From IMG/VR virus record IMGVR_UViG_3300008111_000002, positions 62,001 to 126,000 of that record: 64,000 nucleotides of DNA, one strand, 5' to 3'. The first letter of the stretch is position 1. Every line of letters begins with the position of its first letter. Both the position numbers and the translations under genes were made by a program. The notes under the pieces are model-generated. The model did no database searches and was not told the origin of the DNA. It saw only the letters and a list, made by a program, of their open reading frames with translations. Below, piece by piece: positions 21,201 through 32,100 of the stretch.

Positions 21201-24200
21201 TATTTAAAAACATAAACATATCCGTTGTCAACATAACCATAATCACCATACGGGGCCGATACAACCAAAGTGTCACCAGTAGCGTCAATGTCAACCGACG
21301 ATCCTAAACGATCTCCGGTTTCAATTATTTGAAGTCCGATATCACTTAATAACGATAGATTCTGATTGTTAATTGTTTGAAATAATCTATAAACTCCGAG
21401 ATCATTACGTTTATAAACAAATACTTTACCAAATTTTTTATTTGAACTATCGAAAGTACCAATATCAATTAGTGTCCAATTAATTCCTGTTGTTGGAATA
21501 TCGTTAATAGATGTAGAACCATTTACACGATAATAGTTAGACTCGTATCTAACAACATCGCCGCCCCCATAAAGTGTATAAGATTTCCACACACCCTTGT
21601 AATTAGTAAATGATCTATCATCCCCGTATGGCGACCCTACTATTAATGTAGATGCATCACTATTAAATGCAATTGAGGTACCAAACTGATCGCCTTGTTT
21701 GACAATTTCTGGTAATCTAAATATTGACGAATCCGGAAGTAACCCTACTTCTGAAATTGTACCGTCAGATACCATTGCAGCACTAGTCGGAAGAGAACTT
21801 TGTGTAATTGTATCTTCCATCTCGATCCAATCTGCAGAATTTACAGTAATTGTGCTACCATCGGCTTGCTGATTAGATTTTGCTTTCCATAACTTATTAG
21901 CGTAATAAACTATCGAACCTGCAATGTATTGTCTTGATGGATCATACACTCCCTGATACGATTCGTCTTCTATTAATTCCCAAATTGGATTATCATTGTC
22001 TGTATCATTTAATGTATAAAGATATACTGCTCCTGTGGCATTAACTGCTCCAGGAGCAGAAATAGCTAGATAATATTTTCCGTTTGAAATTCCGGAAGTT
22101 ATACTAAATCCAAATAATTCGTTTGGTTGAGGACGAGGACTTACAAACGATCCTTCATAATTCCATTGTTCTTCATACCATCTGTATATTGAAACCATAC
22201 CTTGTTCGATATAACCAGAATTTCCAGCGGTAGTTAACGCCCAATAAGTTTGATTGATTGGTAAATTGTTTGTAGTATTTTGTAAAGCAATATATGAAAA
22301 AATACCAAATTTAACTATAGAACCTTTTCTATAAAATCTGCTTGGATCATAAGAATCTTGATATGTATCTGCCGGAATATTATAAACATATTCCCAATCT
22401 GCAGATTCTAAAGTGATAGTACTTCCATCACCATTAAGATTACGTGTTGCTCTCCAAAGTTTGCCTGCAAACAATACTATATCATTTTGTTCGTAATCTT
22501 CTGTTTCAGAAAAAATTCCTTGAAAACGAGATCCTATGCCACTAACTAACGGTGAACCAACAAATAACCATTGTTCGTCAGATGTAGCATGTAACGAATA
22601 TCCAAACTTTCCTAGTAAGTTTGTTGTAAAAGAATCTGGAGCTATTAGAGTTTGAACATTTCTTAATGTTCCGTCAAAATTGTCTTTGTAAACTGCTACT
22701 CCATTTGATCCTGGGAGTGACGCAATAGTTTGATTTCTAAATGTTAAATGAATTACTGCTGTTCCTGCACCTCGGGGAATTGAATAACCATAATCACTAA
22801 TTTCATTCCTGGTGTAAATTGAACTTATTTTTTCTATTACTTCCCATCTATTGTTTTCGTCATTATCGATCCATAGTTTATCGCCTACTTTTAATTTTGC
22901 AATTTGAGGATCTGATAATTCTTTAGCTGTTGTTAGTCGTGAATCAACAAATATACCAACTGCTAATAATGAACTGTTATCTATTTCTGGATCGCCGCCT
23001 GTAGGTAATGCAACATTAAAAGTAAAAGGTTCAACTGAAATAATCTTATGATAACCGGATAATCTAGCTATTCCCTCAATTCCTATAATTTGATCGACTG
23101 TAAAATTATGTCTTACATTACAGGTTAATGTAACTATTTTATCTGAGTTATTAACTTCTAAACTATCAATTAAAATATTAGATCGTGTGTATCTAAAAAC
23201 TGACCATTGATCTGGTTCTACAAATGTAGTCCAAATATGATCACCGTAATTAATAGTATCTGCAGATAAACTGAGAACGTTTTCTAACTTTGCAGTTTTA
23301 AAATCTACTTGATCTTCTCTTACATATCCAGCGGTTCTATTTGGAACATTTTGATAAGCAACTGGAATTATATTTTTATCTGCACCGTAAGGTTTAATTA
23401 CAAAATCATTAATTGGAATTCGATAATATAAGTCATTGGTTTCAGAATATTCAATAGAGTTATTAATTAAAAGAGGCTGAGGAGTTAGTTTAAACTGACC
23501 TTTGTTTAGTGCAATTTCGTATTCTTTATATTGATCTGTTCCGCCAAAGTCACCTACTCTAAATGCCCATTCTTCTTTGAGAATTACACTATCAGTATTA
23601 TTTCTACTTAATTTGTCAAAGATTTTAGTAATAGCATTTTTTGTACCTTTTTCTCTAATAAATCCTTGATAGATTTTAAATTGAGAAACTGAATCTTCAC
23701 TTAGATTATTAAGATATTCTCTCGATTGATAACCAATAGAATGACGTGCTAGATCTCGTTGGCTTGATCCAAGGCCGTCTGAATCAAGATCATAATAATC
23801 TTCAAACTGATTAATGCGATAATCAAAGTTTGCTACCAAACCTTTGCTAGGAATGTTATCTAATTTAGTCCAGTTAGTTTCATTAAACTCTATTGTACCT
23901 TCTTGTTTTTTCTTACTAGTCCAGAAAAATTCTCTATAGCGTACAATATCACCCAAATTATAATCTGTATATTGTTGCCACGACTGTACATTAACATTGT
24001 CAAATATAAATCCAGGACTTGTGTAATCTCCGTCCCAGTCTGTGGTTCTAAAACCGATTACTTTAACTCTATCCTGTCTATATCCAGAAGTTTTATCGTA
24101 TAACACATCATTAAAAACAGTTTTATCATCAAATAATACTACATGTTCTTTTAATACAAAGTTAATATTTGCAAAATAGATTCCATCTAGAGTATCTGTT

Positions 24201-27200
24201 ACAGTAATAGAAAATTCTTGATAATCTCTGTTAACGTTAATAAACGAACTTGACAAAACTGTGCCATCACGCTTATAAATGGCATAATCATAAAAACTAT
24301 CTAATAAGTTATCAACTGAACCTAACCCAAATTTAATATGAAACTTGTATGCTGCCGGACTTAGAGTTATTAATTGTCCCTCTGCCCAATTATGCTTACT
24401 CCAAAACATAAATTCTTTAACTGAGGTGGTCCAATTATTAACCGTTTGAGTTTCATAATTGTATTGATCAAATATCATTCCTAAAGTTAATAGGTATTGA
24501 TCATATCCAAAAATAAAATTAGCAACAGATTGTAAAGTTGGTAATACTGTTCCGTAGGATAATTTTTTCAAAGTATTAAAATTAAAATTCTGTCTTTTTA
24601 AAACTTCGACTGCACCAACCTGCTCAAGTTTTGATATTTGTTTAAACAACTTTTCATCAAAGGATGTGATACTTTGATGTGATGATAAAACTTTAAAATA
24701 TTTGCCCTGATACTGAACTGTTTGACCAATTTGATAATTTTTGTTAGGTTCCCATACCAAGAAACTGTCAGTTACTCCACCAACTGTAATAAACGGATCT
24801 GTTTTAGATTCTACCGCTTCATAATAATTAAAGTAAGGATTTTTGTTGTCATACCCAGATAATCTCCATCCAGTATTAACTTTTTCAATTATTACGCCAC
24901 TATAGTTAATAGTTAAGAACGGTGTTCCAATGTTAAAAATTATATTATAATTTTCTTGAGGAATAAAAATACTGCTCGATTTTGATTTAGGATTTTTACT
25001 ATCTAAAAGATATTTTTGCTGAGTAGCATCGACGAATCCCCCCAGTTTATTTGATAATTTAATATCTAAATTTTTAATTTTTTTAGTTAATAACTCAGTA
25101 TCTTTATCTTGTCCTTTAATATAATCAATAATATAATTTAATAAACCTGTTGTTTGTAAACCATTTACCGATGGAATTAGTATTGAATTAATATCAATAA
25201 ATTTATTTGTTTCAGAATAAACTGTTTGTCCAATTATATTTGTTTTAACTCTAAATGAATCAAGAGACTTAGAAATAAATTCAAACGGTCTTAACAATGA
25301 TAGCGCAGACATTAAGGCAAATGGATACTGTGGACTCTTTCTCCATGCGGCTTCTGCAGGACTAATATCTCCAAACTTAAAATTACCTTTTGAATTAATT
25401 AATACAAAATCTTGTGCTAAATTTGCCTGCAACGGAGATAGCAACTGTCCTTGATCATTTACGGGTATATGAGATAAAATAGTAGATCGTCGATATCTTT
25501 GATGAGTGCCTGCACGAGATCCTCGACGAATTCTGCCATCACGAATATCCTCCCAAAGAATTAAATTATTTCTAGTATAAGGAGCAGGTCCATATTCTTC
25601 GTCCCACCAAATTGGTTTTTCACTAAACCCTAACATTTCCCAAGGACATGTATGTGGTCTATCAGTATCATAAACCCACTGATAAACACCTCTCCACCAA
25701 CCTACAAGATTTTTTTGCTGAGTAAAATCAGTCATTAAATTGTAAGTATAGGTAAATGTATTTTCAGAATCAAAGTATGTATTGTTTACATAATCTACAT
25801 TACCGCTAGTAATCCACGTTAAAAAATATGGTTCTAAAATTGAATCAACTTGTTCTTTAGTAAAAATACCCGTATTATAATAACCGCCCAATGTTGCATC
25901 AATATCAAAAACAGTACTTTCGTATTGAACTTTAATATTGTTATAAATTCTTCTTTCTAATTCTAATAACAAATCATCTCTAAAGTCATTAAAGGCAACT
26001 GTGATACTTCCATCATGTCCTTGTATAACTTTAGTTGGTGTTATGTATGTGTCGTCAATAAAAATTCTTGGAACATACTTTTTATAAAGTCCCAACTTAG
26101 TAGGAGTTGAGGGTATAAAATTAAACGAAGTGGTATTATATTCCCGCACTTCTAATACATCACCTTCATTTAAATTACCAGAAAAGTTTATGTAACCAAA
26201 GGTTTGATTAAATGTATAATCTGCTCCGTGCAATAATTGAACATTATTTTTGTAAACATAGACAGCTTTTCTTGATAAGGTGTCAAGACTAAATTTTTCA
26301 TTTAATGCAAATGTTTTAATTTGATCTTCAATTTTACAAATTACTTTTTTATATGAGCCAGATCCAATCATGTCAGAATCTGCAAACGAATTACTTGCAG
26401 TTTTAATTCTGCTCATTTCTGTAATAATTTGATCTACAAAATTAATTGGGTTTAAGTCATATGCTAATGTAACTGCTAGATTTAAAAAATTATTTCTAAA
26501 CTGATTATAACTTTTAGCAGCATAATCAATAGATTTAATAACATTGATTTCTTTGTCGCAGAGCAACATTAGTGATAATGCAGAAATTCCTTCGTGCTTT
26601 AATAATCTTCTGCCGTATTTTTGAAATCCTGAAATATCTCTAATATTACTATTGCCCGGATATAATCCAGTAAATCTTGTATCGAGTTCAAGCATAGTTC
26701 CTAAATGATCTAAAACTTGACCGTAGGTAAAAGATGTTAAATCTTGATTTAAAGGGTTTTTTTCTAATCCAACAGGAATTTCATAATATCCCTGATCTGG
26801 AGTTGCATCGGTATATACTTTAATTGTTATAACATCATTAACTGCAAAATTATTCGCAAATACAAAAGTTTGATTTCTATTTCCAGTTCTTGTAAACTGA
26901 TCTTTAAATAAGGAACCGTTTTTGTAAAAAATAATTCTTTCAGTAGTCGACTCGTTCCAGTTGACACTGTTAAATGTAATTGATTTAGTTACCGATGTTA
27001 TTACTTGACTATCAATTATTGGTTGTAAGAATTCTTTATCCGTTTTAATCCAAGTATTAGAATAGACTTCGCCGTTTAAAGTATTAAACTTTAAAAATCC
27101 GCTAGAAATTTTTAAAGTTTTAACTAACTGATTTTGATAGGTAAAAGAATCAACATCCCAATTTATTTCAAATAAAACGTCGCCAATATTATCAATATTA

Positions 27201-29155
27201 AGATAACTTAATGAAATTCCTATTTCAGAATCCACAATACCGTTGCCGAGTTTATAACTTAAAATTGTTGTTCCCTTAAAATTTGTAACAGGATATTTGG
27301 TAGAATTTCCAAAAGAAACTTTGTCAGAATCAAACACATCAAATAACGGACTTTGATTTACTGCTGTTTTTTCTTGACTCTTTGACCAAGCAGTTCCGTC
27401 ATAATGAAACATCTTTCCTCTATACTTTTTACCTTTGTTTATAAGAACACATTCGCCAGATTGACTAACTGCATCACTGGCTTCAACTAAACTAATTTGT
27501 CTACCAGTATTGCCACTATATTGTGTTGATATAAAATTAACAATATAAATTTTATTGTTAACTAGAGTATCTGTATCGGCAGTAACTAATAATCTTGCAC
27601 CATTGAATAGTGCCTCTCCGTCAATATTATAACCACTAGTTCCTTCGATAACACTGAAAATATCAGATGTGTAATTATCTATAAAATCAACTGACTTTTT
27701 AGAGGTAGAGCCGTGATTAAACAATTGAATATTAGGATGATATTCGATAATTGGTCTTTTTGCTCTTGATGATTCGTCTGCATCTGGAGACGAATTGTTA
27801 AGTTGATGAGCATATTCTATAACACTTTTATGAAACCATCTATTTGACCTAGACCAAGGATTATTATCATTACTAGCACGATTTGAAATAATATAATCTT
27901 TTACGCCAGGGTAAAAAGCTGCTTCATCAAAAGGAACGGTATCAAATCCCTCGTTATCAAAAATTATTTCAGGTTGATTATTAGAAGTAATTGGCGGGGT
28001 CAAATCGTCAAAATTTATTAGATTAATACCTTTACCAACACCTTCAATTATCCAACGTCCAGAATTATATTTTTCAGGATATGTTTTACCTAAAAAGGAA
28101 ATCATTAAACCATTAGTAAATTTTACATTATTACTACTAGTGTAGGCTAACTTTTGTAAGATTTCTTTTTCAACATCTATAAATGTATTTTCTGTAATAT
28201 CCTTGATAATAAATTGGCCTGTTCGCAAAGGCTCTTGATCGCTGACATAATATAGCATATCAGGAGAATCTACAGGTACTGTGAATGTAACAGTGCCAAC
28301 TTCAATACCGTTATTAATTACACCTTTATTATAATAGTTAACATCTATTAATTCAGTTAATTCCCAATCTTGTGAAAATTCATCAATAGTACTGCCGTCA
28401 CCGTAAACATCGACTTTTGCTTTCCATAGTTTATTATTAAATTCAACAACGTCGCCCGGTTGGTAATTCATTAATGGGTTAAATTCTCCCATTACAAGAT
28501 CTACTGAATTTGTTGTTCTAATTGAAAATTTATTTCTTGGAGAGTTAACCTCAAACTTATAAGTTTGGCCTCTATACAAAACTAATTTGGGATTAAATGT
28601 CAGTCCATCTGGATAAAACATCCATGACGGGACATCGCCTGTGTCATCAGATCTAACTCTATAAGTCGATTCTATCTGTTGTGCTTGACCTGCAACAGCT
28701 ACTAAGGGCGGTCCATTAACCTGCCAGTAATATTCTCTAAAATTAACAAATTTATCCCAGTCAATGGGAGGATCCCACGAGTAACACTGGCTTTGCGTAA
28801 TTAAATCATCTCTTTCTAATTTATTAAAAAAGAAGTTTAATTGATTTTTAAAATCTAAATAATCGTAAAAATTGTTTACTGATCCGTTGCCGTCAGTAAC
28901 AACCACTCCTGGTTCTAACTGATATCTACTTCTTAAAGTATTATCAGTATCAATATAAATGTCATTGCCGTTATAACTTTTACCGTATCTTCTCCCAATA
29001 AATCCAGAAATTTTTTCTAAAACTCCGGGCTGTATTAGTGGGTCAAAAACACCACCTAAAAATTTACTGTTGGCATCTGTCTTAAAAACAGAAGGAAGAA
29101 AATCCGTTGATCTTCTTATTGGTAATCCACTTTGATCAAAAACTTTATCTGTCAT
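15260..29155 (-). CDS. Giant baseplate wedge-like structural protein (4631 aa)
   Basis: Uninterrupted ORF immediately downstream of gp6; CBM5/12-like 'Y..GD.V.Y.G..W.A' modules, 'GSGY...P.V.I.G.GSGA' repeats, FG-GAP-like 'FG.S' propeller repeats. Confidence 0.75.
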   Translation of the reverse strand: MTDKVFDQSGLPIRRSTDFLPSVFKTDANSKFLGGVFDPLIQPGVLEKISGFIGRRYGKSYNGNDIYIDTDNTLRSRYQLEPGVVVTDGNGSVNNFYDYLDFKNQLNFFFNKLERDDLITQSQCYSWDPPIDWDKFVNFREYYWQVNGPPLVAVAGQAQQIESTYRVRSDDTGDVPSWMFYPDGLTFNPKLVLYRGQTYKFEVNSPRNKFSIRTTNSVDLVMGEFNPLMNYQPGDVVEFNNKLWKAKVDVYGDGSTIDEFSQDWELTELIDVNYYNKGVINNGIEVGTVTFTVPVDSPDMLYYVSDQEPLRTGQFIIKDITENTFIDVEKEILQKLAYTSSNNVKFTNGLMISFLGKTYPEKYNSGRWIIEGVGKGINLINFDDLTPPITSNNQPEIIFDNEGFDTVPFDEAAFYPGVKDYIISNRASNDNNPWSRSNRWFHKSVIEYAHQLNNSSPDADESSRAKRPIIEYHPNIQLFNHGSTSKKSVDFIDNYTSDIFSVIEGTSGYNIDGEALFNGARLLVTADTDTLVNNKIYIVNFISTQYSGNTGRQISLVEASDAVSQSGECVLINKGKKYRGKMFHYDGTAWSKSQEKTAVNQSPLFDVFDSDKVSFGNSTKYPVTNFKGTTILSYKLGNGIVDSEIGISLSYLNIDNIGDVLFEINWDVDSFTYQNQLVKTLKISSGFLKFNTLNGEVYSNTWIKTDKEFLQPIIDSQVITSVTKSITFNSVNWNESTTERIIFYKNGSLFKDQFTRTGNRNQTFVFANNFAVNDVITIKVYTDATPDQGYYEIPVGLEKNPLNQDLTSFTYGQVLDHLGTMLELDTRFTGLYPGNSNIRDISGFQKYGRRLLKHEGISALSLMLLCDKEINVIKSIDYAAKSYNQFRNNFLNLAVTLAYDLNPINFVDQIITEMSRIKTASNSFADSDMIGSGSYKKVICKIEDQIKTFALNEKFSLDTLSRKAVYVYKNNVQLLHGADYTFNQTFGYINFSGNLNEGDVLEVREYNTTSFNFIPSTPTKLGLYKKYVPRIFIDDTYITPTKVIQGHDGSITVAFNDFRDDLLLELERRIYNNIKVQYESTVFDIDATLGGYYNTGIFTKEQVDSILEPYFLTWITSGNVDYVNNTYFDSENTFTYTYNLMTDFTQQKNLVGWWRGVYQWVYDTDRPHTCPWEMLGFSEKPIWWDEEYGPAPYTRNNLILWEDIRDGRIRRGSRAGTHQRYRRSTILSHIPVNDQGQLLSPLQANLAQDFVLINSKGNFKFGDISPAEAAWRKSPQYPFALMSALSLLRPFEFISKSLDSFRVKTNIIGQTVYSETNKFIDINSILIPSVNGLQTTGLLNYIIDYIKGQDKDTELLTKKIKNLDIKLSNKLGGFVDATQQKYLLDSKNPKSKSSSIFIPQENYNIIFNIGTPFLTINYSGVIIEKVNTGWRLSGYDNKNPYFNYYEAVESKTDPFITVGGVTDSFLVWEPNKNYQIGQTVQYQGKYFKVLSSHQSITSFDEKLFKQISKLEQVGAVEVLKRQNFNFNTLKKLSYGTVLPTLQSVANFIFGYDQYLLTLGMIFDQYNYETQTVNNWTTSVKEFMFWSKHNWAEGQLITLSPAAYKFHIKFGLGSVDNLLDSFYDYAIYKRDGTVLSSSFINVNRDYQEFSITVTDTLDGIYFANINFVLKEHVVLFDDKTVFNDVLYDKTSGYRQDRVKVIGFRTTDWDGDYTSPGFIFDNVNVQSWQQYTDYNLGDIVRYREFFWTSKKKQEGTIEFNETNWTKLDNIPSKGLVANFDYRINQFEDYYDLDSDGLGSSQRDLARHSIGYQSREYLNNLSEDSVSQFKIYQGFIREKGTKNAITKIFDKLSRNNTDSVILKEEWAFRVGDFGGTDQYKEYEIALNKGQFKLTPQPLLINNSIEYSETNDLYYRIPINDFVIKPYGADKNIIPVAYQNVPNRTAGYVREDQVDFKTAKLENVLSLSADTINYGDHIWTTFVEPDQWSVFRYTRSNILIDSLEVNNSDKIVTLTCNVRHNFTVDQIIGIEGIARLSGYHKIISVEPFTFNVALPTGGDPEIDNSSLLAVGIFVDSRLTTAKELSDPQIAKLKVGDKLWIDNDENNRWEVIEKISSIYTRNEISDYGYSIPRGAGTAVIHLTFRNQTIASLPGSNGVAVYKDNFDGTLRNVQTLIAPDSFTTNLLGKFGYSLHATSDEQWLFVGSPLVSGIGSRFQGIFSETEDYEQNDIVLFAGKLWRATRNLNGDGSTITLESADWEYVYNIPADTYQDSYDPSRFYRKGSIVKFGIFSYIALQNTTNNLPINQTYWALTTAGNSGYIEQGMVSIYRWYEEQWNYEGSFVSPRPQPNELFGFSITSGISNGKYYLAISAPGAVNATGAVYLYTLNDTDNDNPIWELIEDESYQGVYDPSRQYIAGSIVYYANKLWKAKSNQQADGSTITVNSADWIEMEDTITQSSLPTSAAMVSDGTISEVGLLPDSSIFRLPEIVKQGDQFGTSIAFNSDASTLIVGSPYGDDRSFTNYKGVWKSYTLYGGGDVVRYESNYYRVNGSTSINDIPTTGINWTLIDIGTFDSSNKKFGKVFVYKRNDLGVYRLFQTINNQNLSLLSDIGLQIIETGDRLGSSVDIDATGDTLVVSAPYGDYGYVDNGYVYVFKYSRTNEKYVITNKISGSDASNFELYGTQVKISNDANSLVVSGQNSITKFNIKYDLSKTRFDQNTTTFFDKRGNTGRVYVYEKQDTEYYLAEELDPPNLIPNESFGFSLDLNDNVIVVGSPTLKTAQGVIGQVRKFKRSATAKTWSTIGQQEPQTRIDLIKSLALYDVENNKKITDVDIVDHYKYKFLGIVEQEISFKNPYDPAIYSKGNDSVIVDSSRTWYETNVGKIWVNFKTVKWTNYEQGELSYKIGHWNELADSSSVDVYEWVETKILPSQWSLIADTTEGLALNISGQPLYANDTVYNIKEVYDEKTGTVLTSYYYYWVKNSVVVPDSSNRKISAAEVALYITSPISSGIPFVGFISQDRLLAYNFEKYLPSTSAVLNIKFNNSNKNINLIHHEYELLTEGQGDSVPTLQLEQKWIDSLIGYDQAGNKVPDPNLAPKQKYGILFRPRQSMFVNKSTALKIFVDDVNAVLREKPFAETLDFTNLNAIDEVPTETLKLYDVSVETYAELITINAARVRPALLRANLIDGQIESIDIVDSGFGYRVAPPVSIVGTGSGARVTLTIDNSGKVTGYVINNPGKKYDNVILNVRGFSVLVKTDETYRNYWAIYQFNERNKTFYRSLTQDFDTTKYWSYIDWWAQGYNSSNKIIDEIPGTYYEPQLAKLIDLKVNDLIKVSEYGSGGWAVLKLINLSATTINEKYELVGRYRGTIEISSLIYDDAQNQVGYDNVGTYDLISYDNQPVSETRNIIKAIKENILIDEFKFYWNKLFFNSIHFIFSEQLYVDWAFKTSFLNAIHTIGDLEQKSHYKNDNLESYEQYLKEVKPYRTKIREFTSTYNSLENTQSLLTDFDLPPYYEDTEGKLIPVKTNNEILNTYPWKLWKDNNTYKVIEITVYDSGSGYINPPTVVINGGGGSGAEALAYVSNGSVTGVVITKEGIGYTSAPTVTLVGGFSDTGTQAKASAIIGKGTIRSFDITMKFDRISKNGTYSSFVQDETIVASGVTSVFNLKYPPSRDRSKITVYLNNGLILSNEYELSLFEQMIDGFTFIQGRIKFLLVPATGTVIRIIYSKNDEILDSVDRIKKYYNPLDGMTGKDASQLMTGIDFGGVIIQGSSFNSTGGWDALPWFSDSWDSVTPNSDYYVIADGSTTSIQLPYTPSIGQAINVYIKRGDFSTLPDKTGRFTRIDDPYYNVYDGSTVQPNGKRSAPAGVLMNTFIGNGVIKDIDLPILLATQAGDILIFRPSTSDGSVNITDTNVQDTLLSGGSLLNTNNIYSTANGLTAEEIVVSGDKFISPDQVPSPEENVPGQVLDTVSIKTFHRTYVGAAQVKSNVYFTDGIAKRFKFTNKILESKSVSVYLDKVKQGQSLDLYNISYDYYLDFKNSEIEFFVTPPAGKIVEIVSIGPGGYAILDFSEFVGDGATRYFLTKAQYVETSYIIVTVNGLEVPVSFVTSKGLLNDKDETVIEFSVPPSFNQVVKILVLGTSIEADSSGQSAIRINEQIIIHDGSTRLYDLDKFVNLERSSAAGNMLVEVNNRLIPSGDTQVIVYNGSNNSNIIGQDPYFGPGSIDVRNISVYINEIKTEFISDWILEGSTNLLTITKSLIIGDEIRIEIAQNNSYKIENNEIRLLPVLSLNPGDLIKVIWFSEYPTMSLIKDRFPGNYGVMKLRRKVTDISTVWVYKNGFRLAPEVEYEVNLTDNFVKLTNLALSTDDITLVIFGQENYNPVFAYEIFKDMLNLTHYKRYIIGQVKLTQELNYYDTQITVDNGDYLFVPDIINKIPGTVTINSERINYYQKNGNILSQLTRGILGTSIPEKHNINSDVVDVGIGESLPYREYQNKEEFISDGTSLLIGPLLTTPIKSTRNTVWYRSTIPATHGPNDQYEVFVNGKRLRKNPYKRYQETNGLASPLADIDVEAEFSVDGTTPYIRLTTAISAGSRIVIISKTGNIFYDTGLSTAASGITLINNDSVVAQFLRNKSTK

Positions 29156-29156
29156 T

Positions 29157-32100
29157 TTATTGGCTCGTATTACTAATAACTGAGGTAGCAGCTAAATTTA
29201 ATTCTGCTGCGGTAATACCTGTTACAATTTCTATATCATCCACTGTTGCTGCATTGGTAAAAATTTCATCTTGGCGAGATTGTATTTCAAACAAGCTTCC
29301 AAACTCTTGACTTATTTGTCTTGGAACAATAACAAAATTACTAATATCAGGAGATACTGAGTTAATAACATAAGTTGCTAATTCACTAAAATAAAATTTA
29401 TCTCCAAAATCCCAACCGTCAACATTAAAAAATTCATTAATAGCGCCAATAATTCTAACCTTTAAATCATTATCGCTAATAGTTTTATTAGGATTTTTTA
29501 CAACCTTAAACTGAGCTCTAAACTGAGAATCTGCTTTTGCTCCAAACAATGGTTTGAATTGTACGGGATGATAGATTATTTCATCACTGACTGATTTAAT
29601 AGAGCTTAGTTTAGATCCAAACTGTGTTCTTAATTCATTACTGTTTGGTGCTACTGGTTTGGTCCCGTCATTTCTTAACCAATTTACATAGGCAATTTCA
29701 TAGTTTTTTGTTAATAGATAAACATCGATAATATTACTTACACTAGGATCAATTCTTCTGTCTACTCCTGCATTATGGATGTATTGAAACTTTACTGAGT
29801 TTCTTCCAATGTTTGCTCTATAAGAACTATCAAGTTCAAAAGTTTTACTGCCAGTGCTGGTTTGAATAACTCGTTTGACTACTTCTTCAGACTGATCATA
29901 AAAATATATTAGTTGTCCAACATCATAGGCATTAATATTTCCTATCTCATTAGCTGTTTTGTCCTTAACTAAAATATTTCCATCGTCGCTACTTTCTATG
30001 TATTTGTAAATTTCTGCACCATATTCGTCGATGGTTCTTTGAAAAAATAGATATTTTAAATCTTTATCCTCGCCAGCAACTATTTCAAATGCATCTGGAT
30101 TATCAATGATCCCGTCATCATCAGAATCAAAAAATCCCAATTTTATAGAACTAGTACTTTGATATCCATCATTAAATCTTACGCTGTCTCTGATTTCAAA
30201 AGATATATCCTGTTTTAAAGGTGTAATTTTCGTATAATTAGAATTAATTCCAAGTATTTTAATTTGATCTTTAATTACTGCTGCATTTTTTGAATCATAA
30301 ATTTTTTCTTGATTATCAAAATAAAATCTATTTTGTTCTAAACTTTCAAAAATATAATCAAGCTCTCTAATATGAATTGAATACTGAACTCCTGTATAAA
30401 CAAACGCAACTATCCAAGATCCATCAAGATTGGTCCCAGAAGTATCACCACTTTGTGCAGAACTAAAAAATGTACTGTTAATATTAAGATTTGAAGAAGT
30501 AATGATTCTCCATTTTCTATCTTCAATACTATATCTTAAACCAAAATTTTGAAGATTAAACATTAGATTGGTTATTTCGGTTTCCAGTGCTGCATCAAAA
30601 TCTGTAATAAACTTTGGTACAATTCTTGATATTACAGCATCAGTAGGAACAACTTCACTAAAAGTAATTGGTCCTAACCCGTTCGCTAGTACACCTCGAT
30701 CGGCATTTGTTCCGTCGCCTACTGTATTAACTACTTTAACCCATAGTCTGTCTGTTTGAAACGGATCATTAACATTTGCTGTAACTAAGACTCCATTTTT
30801 AAATGCTTTACCGATTGGAGCTACAAATTTTACCAAAGAACCTGCTTCAAAAAATCTCATGTTAGTGGAAGTATAATTTCCCACTTTAATTTTTGTTTGA
30901 TCGTTGACATTACGAAAATATCCGGTAGATAAGTCTCTATCTTTGGTTACTTGTAGCCAGTGTATATTATTATCTGTAAACACCACTCTATCAAATCTTG
31001 TTAGATAAAAATTATAAACACTTGTTGAAGAAATTTCTTTTTCGATTGTGTTTCTTAAAAAATTAACAATCTGCGGACGATTAGAAAATTTAAAAGATAA
31101 TGCTTTTTCTATTTCGTTTTTATAAATTAAACCATCATCTGCAAAAACATTTACAGTAGAATATTTTCCAGTAGCATCAATAATATCAAAATTACGACTA
31201 ATACCGCTAGTAGTTCTGTTAACTGCTTTGACTTTTAAAATTTCTTGGGAAGCATCTAATGGAGCTAGATTATAATCTTCCGCAGTAATCATTCGATTTT
31301 GTGTATAATAAACTGCAGGTGCTTTTGATCTAATACTTTCGATATCTTCCGATGAGGAAGAATTTGATACCGTATATTTTAATCCTAATGATAGAGACAA
31401 TGTATTAGAAACACCCCTCTTATTAACATAAGGGATTTCAATACTAATTCCTCTCATTTCGCTTGGGCTTATAGAATAATTTAAACCGTTAGAAACTCTG
31501 TAATAAACTCTAAAACTTCCCTGCGGCAAATTTCCGTAAATACCATCACTAAACTGCAAATCAATTTTATCATCTGCCTTAGTTATTACACTATAGATAT
31601 TTCTAATATTTTTACTAACACTATTATAAAGAATATTGTTTCCAGATAAATTTGACACCTGAGTCCATTGTTCTCCTTGTGTGCCGTTTGCACCTAAAGA
31701 AAACAACCAAACATCGTCATTATTAATGTTTGCATTTTCTACAGACACTTTTTCATTTGTAGTTGGTTGAGGAATTGCAAAATCTGCTAACTCCATACTG
31801 CCTTGTTTAAACAACAGATAAAATCCTGTATTAGAGCTTGATGCTCCTTTACCGTCTGTTTTAAAAATAAATCCTAGTTGGGATCCGGGTGTCGGCGCTT
31901 CTTCTTTAATGATATTTTTTTCTGAATCAATTAGTGTACTTACTAATTCAAAAACTGTAGTTCTTGCAGCGGCTGTTTTAGTAAAAGAAAAAATTGGAAC
32001 ATCTAAAGAAAATGTATTGAACACATATTGCTGAGTCTTAATTCCATCAATAGTTGCTTCGCCTTGGCTTTTTCCAAATTCAGTGTTTGGAGTCATTGCA

